Below the pieces are notes generated by a model that worked only from the letters and a program-made list of their open reading frames with translations, searched no databases and was not told the origin of the DNA. A program made the translations under genes and the position numbers. Shown piece after piece: positions 60,488-64,000 of a stretch of 64,000 nt of DNA. The stretch spans positions 512,001-576,000 of the forward strand of contig CBDDCA010000006.1 in assembly GCA_965226055.1 (NCBI GenBank), in the 5' to 3' direction. Source of the DNA: Spirochaetia bacterium (lineage in GTDB: Bacteria > Spirochaetota > Spirochaetia > WTKD01 > G963693115). The first letter of the stretch is position 1, and each line of letters opens with the position of its first letter.

Positions 60488-61897
60488 CTAAAACTGAAAA
60501 AATTCTTTCGCATTATTATAGCATACCCCTTCTATAATTTGAGCAAGCATCGTTTCATCATGAGGATATTCTCCATTATCAACCCATGTACCAATAAGAT
60601 TACAAAATATTCTCCTAAAATATTCATGTCGTGGATATGACACAAAACTTCGTGAATCAGTAAGCATCCCTACAAATGTACCAAGTACCCCAAGATTGCC
60701 TAAATCTGTAAGATGCTGTACCATTCCATTTTTCTGATCATTAAACCACCACCCTGCACCAAACTGTAACTTACCAAAATTATATGTATCATGAGATTGA
60801 AATGCTCCTATCATAGTACCAATAATAAAGTTATCTGCTGGATGTAAGTTATACAAGATAGTCTTAGAAAGATGATTATTTTCTTCCATAGATCCCAATA
60901 ACTGTGCTAATGCTTCTGCATTCTTATGGTCTGTAATAACATCAAAACCTGTGTCAGCTCCTAGCCTCTTAAACATTTTAGGATTTACATTTCTTAATGC
61001 ACCTATATGAAATTGCATAGTCCAATTTCGTCTATAGTACTCTTGAGACAAAAACAGCAATAATTCACACTGATACGATTCTATTTCTTGTTTCGATATA
61101 TCCTGTTTCTGCATAGCTTTCAAAAATACTTCTGCTCCCCTGCTTTCCATATTTTTGTGTATCATAGGCACATACGACAGAGCATGATCACTTAATCGAC
61201 ACCCGTGCTCATGAAAAAACTGTATTCTTTTTTGCAATGCTTCCTTTAATAAATCAAAAGAAGATATTGCTATACCAGCTACCTCTGCAAGTGTCTGTAC
61301 ATATACAACAAAATTATCTGTATCCGAAACAGCAAGTACCTTATCTGGTCGAAAGGTAGGGTATACTTTTGTCTTAAAATGCGGATACTCCCGTATTTTT
61401 CTATGCCATTGTAATGTATCACAAGGATCATCAGTACTACAAATTACCTCCACATTACTCTTGCTAATCAAATTCTGTGCAGAAAAATCATCACCACGAA
61501 TAACATCATTACACAGATTCCACATTGTTTCAGCAGTATGCTCATTCAATACCATTGTGCTATTAAAGTATCGCTGCAACTCTAAATGTGTCCAATGGTA
61601 TAAAGGGTTTCCAATACACAAAGGAAGTATTTTTGCCCATGCATGAAACTTCTCTTTATCACTTGCATCCCCAGTAATAAAAGATTCATCAATGCCTGCT
61701 CCTCTCATAGCACGCCACTTATAATGATCTCCTCCTAACCATAATTCGGTGATAGAAGAAAATCGTTTATTTTCTGCTATTTCTTTTGGATCTAAATGAC
61801 AATGATAGTCAATAATCTTCTGATGTTTTGCATAGGTATAAAAAAGATTTTTTCCTGTTTTGCTTGTTAATAAAAAATTTTCATCTAAAAATGCCAT
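60488..61897 (-). CDS. uxaC: Uronate isomerase
   Basis: IIDYHCHL, WLGGDHYKWRAMR, GNPLYHW, PTFRPD, WWFND, GMLTDSRSFVSYPRHEYFRR; ATG 61897 after GAGG. Confidence 0.96.
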   Translation of the reverse strand: MAFLDENFLLTSKTGKNLFYTYAKHQKIIDYHCHLDPKEIAENKRFSSITELWLGGDHYKWRAMRGAGIDESFITGDASDKEKFHAWAKILPLCIGNPLYHWTHLELQRYFNSTMVLNEHTAETMWNLCNDVIRGDDFSAQNLISKSNVEVICSTDDPCDTLQWHRKIREYPHFKTKVYPTFRPDKVLAVSDTDNFVVYVQTLAEVAGIAISSFDLLKEALQKRIQFFHEHGCRLSDHALSYVPMIHKNMESRGAEVFLKAMQKQDISKQEIESYQCELLLFLSQEYYRRNWTMQFHIGALRNVNPKMFKRLGADTGFDVITDHKNAEALAQLLGSMEENNHLSKTILYNLHPADNFIIGTMIGAFQSHDTYNFGKLQFGAGWWFNDQKNGMVQHLTDLGNLGVLGTFVGMLTDSRSFVSYPRHEYFRRIFCNLIGTWVDNGEYPHDETMLAQIIEGVCYNNAKEFFQF

Positions 61898-62116
61898 ATA
61901 GATACCTCTTACATACTCTCTAGTAACACTATACAAAATTATTACCCACTACTTCAATATATCAAATACCGTATAATAATATATATATACATATTCTAGC
62001 GTATATACTGCAATAATATATATGAAAGTATATTTTCTCTAGGAAAATACACTACATAAAAATCCTCATTTACACTACTATATAAATAGGTATACTTACT
62101 GCCATTGGAGATTTAT

Positions 62117-62911
62117 ATGAATAAAACATTTTATTTTTTACTAGTAATGATTGCTTTCTTATGTACCAACGCTTTTTCTAACGAACTATACATCCCCTTC
62201 ATAAACAATAGAGAAGAGAAAAACTTATGCACCAATGCTTTTTCTAACGAACTACTACACATAGGCGATTTTGAATATCAAGAATACAGTATTATTTCAA
62301 ACAAAAGCACAACAAAAAAAGGGCAAGTATTTTTTAGAGAAAGCACCCTAAACAAGTATTTTTTTAAAAAAAGTACCTCTAAAAAAACTATCAAGACATA
62401 CAGCATTCATTTTTTTAATTGTGATAATGAATCATCTTTTCCTCCCTCACCTTATTCACAATACTTTGAGCTTCAAGCAAAAAACATTACACCATTCTCA
62501 GAAAATATACAAAAATATTTTAATTGGGAAACCACTGCCACACAAGACAATGAAGTCCTCACGAAAGAGATTGTGCATATTTCAGATGTAGCGTATTCTT
62601 TTGTTGATGTATATAATGATTGGTATACCACTATTTCTGATATAAGACTGCGATTTATCTCTCAAAAACCCAATCCCAATGATAACAGCTCTTCTGTCAA
62701 AACACGGTTAGCTTTTATTACCGATACATTGATCGCTCCCAGCGATAAATCAGTACTCTTTCCTTCTGCCACAACGATACCCGATTCTGATCGAGTACAA
62801 ACTATCATAGCAATACTAGATTCTGAACAAGCACAAGATCTTCTTGATTTATTTGATGAAAATAAAATAGAAGAAGCAAAAACAAAAGATATATCGTATA
62901 AATATCAATAA
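62117..62911 (+). CDS. Exported hypothetical protein with duplicated LCTNAFSNEL segment
   Basis: Signal peptide MNKTFYFLLVMIAFLCTNAFS; ATG 62117 after GGAG. Confidence 0.65.
   Translation: MNKTFYFLLVMIAFLCTNAFSNELYIPFINNREEKNLCTNAFSNELLHIGDFEYQEYSIISNKSTTKKGQVFFRESTLNKYFFKKSTSKKTIKTYSIHFFNCDNESSFPPSPYSQYFELQAKNITPFSENIQKYFNWETTATQDNEVLTKEIVHISDVAYSFVDVYNDWYTTISDIRLRFISQKPNPNDNSSSVKTRLAFITDTLIAPSDKSVLFPSATTIPDSDRVQTIIAILDSEQAQDLLDLFDENKIEEAKTKDISYKYQ
62158..62254 (+). repeat. 31-bp direct repeat, two copies 66 bp apart
   Basis: 62158-62188 vs 62224-62254, 29/31 identical. Confidence 0.85.
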
Positions 62912-62925
62912 TTCTTTGATACTAT

Positions 62926-63759
62926 ATGATACATGAACCTACAATTTTTTTATGTCCTCCCACCTATTTTCGAGTAGAAAGCACTATAAATATATGGATG
63001 AAAAAAACAAAAGATCCTGTAAATAGAGAAAAAGCACAGCAACAATGGAAATTTCTTAAAAATACACTTGAAACATATATTTCCGTAGAAACAATAGAGC
63101 CTCAAACAGAATTACCTGATATGGTATTTACTGCAAATGCAGGCTTCATTTATAAAAATAATGTAATACTCAGTACATTTCTCTATAAAGAAAGGAAAAA
63201 AGAAGCCCATTATTTTCAACAAAAATTTCTCTCACTTGACTACACAGTACATACTGTCCCTGATGCCTATACATTTGAAGGCTGTGGTGATGCACTATAC
63301 GATGAATATTATAACATAGTATGGGCAGGATATGGCTTTAGAAGCGATAAAGAAGTATATCCTTTCATAGAAGAACGTACTGGTATTCAGCCTATCTACA
63401 TGCAATTAATACAAGAATCTTTTTATCATCTTGACACTTGCCTATGTCCTCTTGCACATGGGTACATGCTATACTACCCTAAGGCTCTCTCGGATACTTC
63501 ACTTAAAACATTAGAGGATATAGTGCCAAAAGAAAAACGAATCCCTGTTTCTGATAAAGACGCCTTTTCTTTTGCTTGCAACGCCATCGCAATAAATAAC
63601 ACTATTATTCTTAACACAGTGTCTCAAGCACTTGTGAAAACATTACAAGAACAAGGCATGCATATACATCAAGTACCATTAGACGAGTTCTTAAAATCAG
63701 GAGGAACAGCAAAATGCCTTTCTCTTAGGCTTGACACCCCTTCTCTTCTTTCACCATAA
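62926..63759 (+). CDS. Amidinotransferase/DDAH-superfamily (pentein) hydrolase
   Basis: IN.WM, LPDMVFTANAG, FEGCGD, FYHLDTC, FACNA, EFLKSGGTAKCL. Confidence 0.88.
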   Translation: MIHEPTIFLCPPTYFRVESTINIWMKKTKDPVNREKAQQQWKFLKNTLETYISVETIEPQTELPDMVFTANAGFIYKNNVILSTFLYKERKKEAHYFQQKFLSLDYTVHTVPDAYTFEGCGDALYDEYYNIVWAGYGFRSDKEVYPFIEERTGIQPIYMQLIQESFYHLDTCLCPLAHGYMLYYPKALSDTSLKTLEDIVPKEKRIPVSDKDAFSFACNAIAINNTIILNTVSQALVKTLQEQGMHIHQVPLDEFLKSGGTAKCLSLRLDTPSLLSP

Positions 63760-63801
63760 TTTTTATTATAATCAAAAAAAGCAAAAAGCTGTTCTTAGTA
63801 A

Positions 63802-64000
63802 CTAAAACATACCATCATTATCTAAACGATGTTTTGCTATAGCTTGCAATGACTGTTTTCGTTTCTTTTGAATAAGCGGAAGAAAAAACAACCCTAATGC
63901 TTTTGTTTCCCATGGCCTCATAGTATACTTTGGTAACGGAGTAGCTTTCCAACTATCCTCTCCTGATACTCCTTGTTGTTGTAGATCAACATTGCATCGT
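63802..64000 (-). CDS. 3' end of a probable GH2 beta-galactosidase (continues beyond window)
   Basis: Minus-strand frame reads NVDLQQQGVSGEDSWKATPLPKY, resembling the LacZ C-terminal D...GVGGDDSW...Y motif; TAG at 63802-63804. Confidence 0.6.
   Translation of the reverse strand, partial: RCNVDLQQQGVSGEDSWKATPLPKYTMRPWETKALGLFFLPLIQKKRKQSLQAIAKHRLDNDGMF

Noticed and set aside
62158-62254. 31-bp repeat with 35-bp spacer as a mini CRISPR array
   Set aside because: Only two copies, in frame within a CDS with synonymous differences, no palindrome and no cas genes.

Overview
AT-rich bacterial chromosomal window, most likely from a spirochaete (inferred from the ParC/ParE type, a stand-alone EF-G, CarD and spirochaete-style lipoprotein signal peptides). 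Housekeeping genes: mnmG, lplA, deoD, parC/parE, rlmD, trmH, recQ-like, rsmD, recG, dnaE, hom, metE, carD, fusA. Catabolic loci: a polyol-type ABC transporter with a Zn-dehydrogenase, and a hexuronate/sugar-acid cluster (uxuA, uxuB-like, TRAP, eda, kdgK, uxaC). Accessory content: one intact IS30-family element and a 41-bp orphan copy of its left end, both 18 bp upstream of a predicted -35 box. There are also two related FN3-like surface lipoproteins, an Mrr-like nuclease, and a defence island (type III R-M plus a DUF4747-like/membrane-protein pair) inserted in the hexuronate cluster. Three long homopolymers look like phase-variation switches: A15 filling a TTGACA-N17-TAAAAT promoter spacer, T18 upstream of a 1520-aa adhesin-like gene, and G15 frameshifting the type III mod gene. 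Several genes look leaderless. No tRNA, rRNA or CRISPR array was seen. All family assignments come from motif recognition, not database searches.
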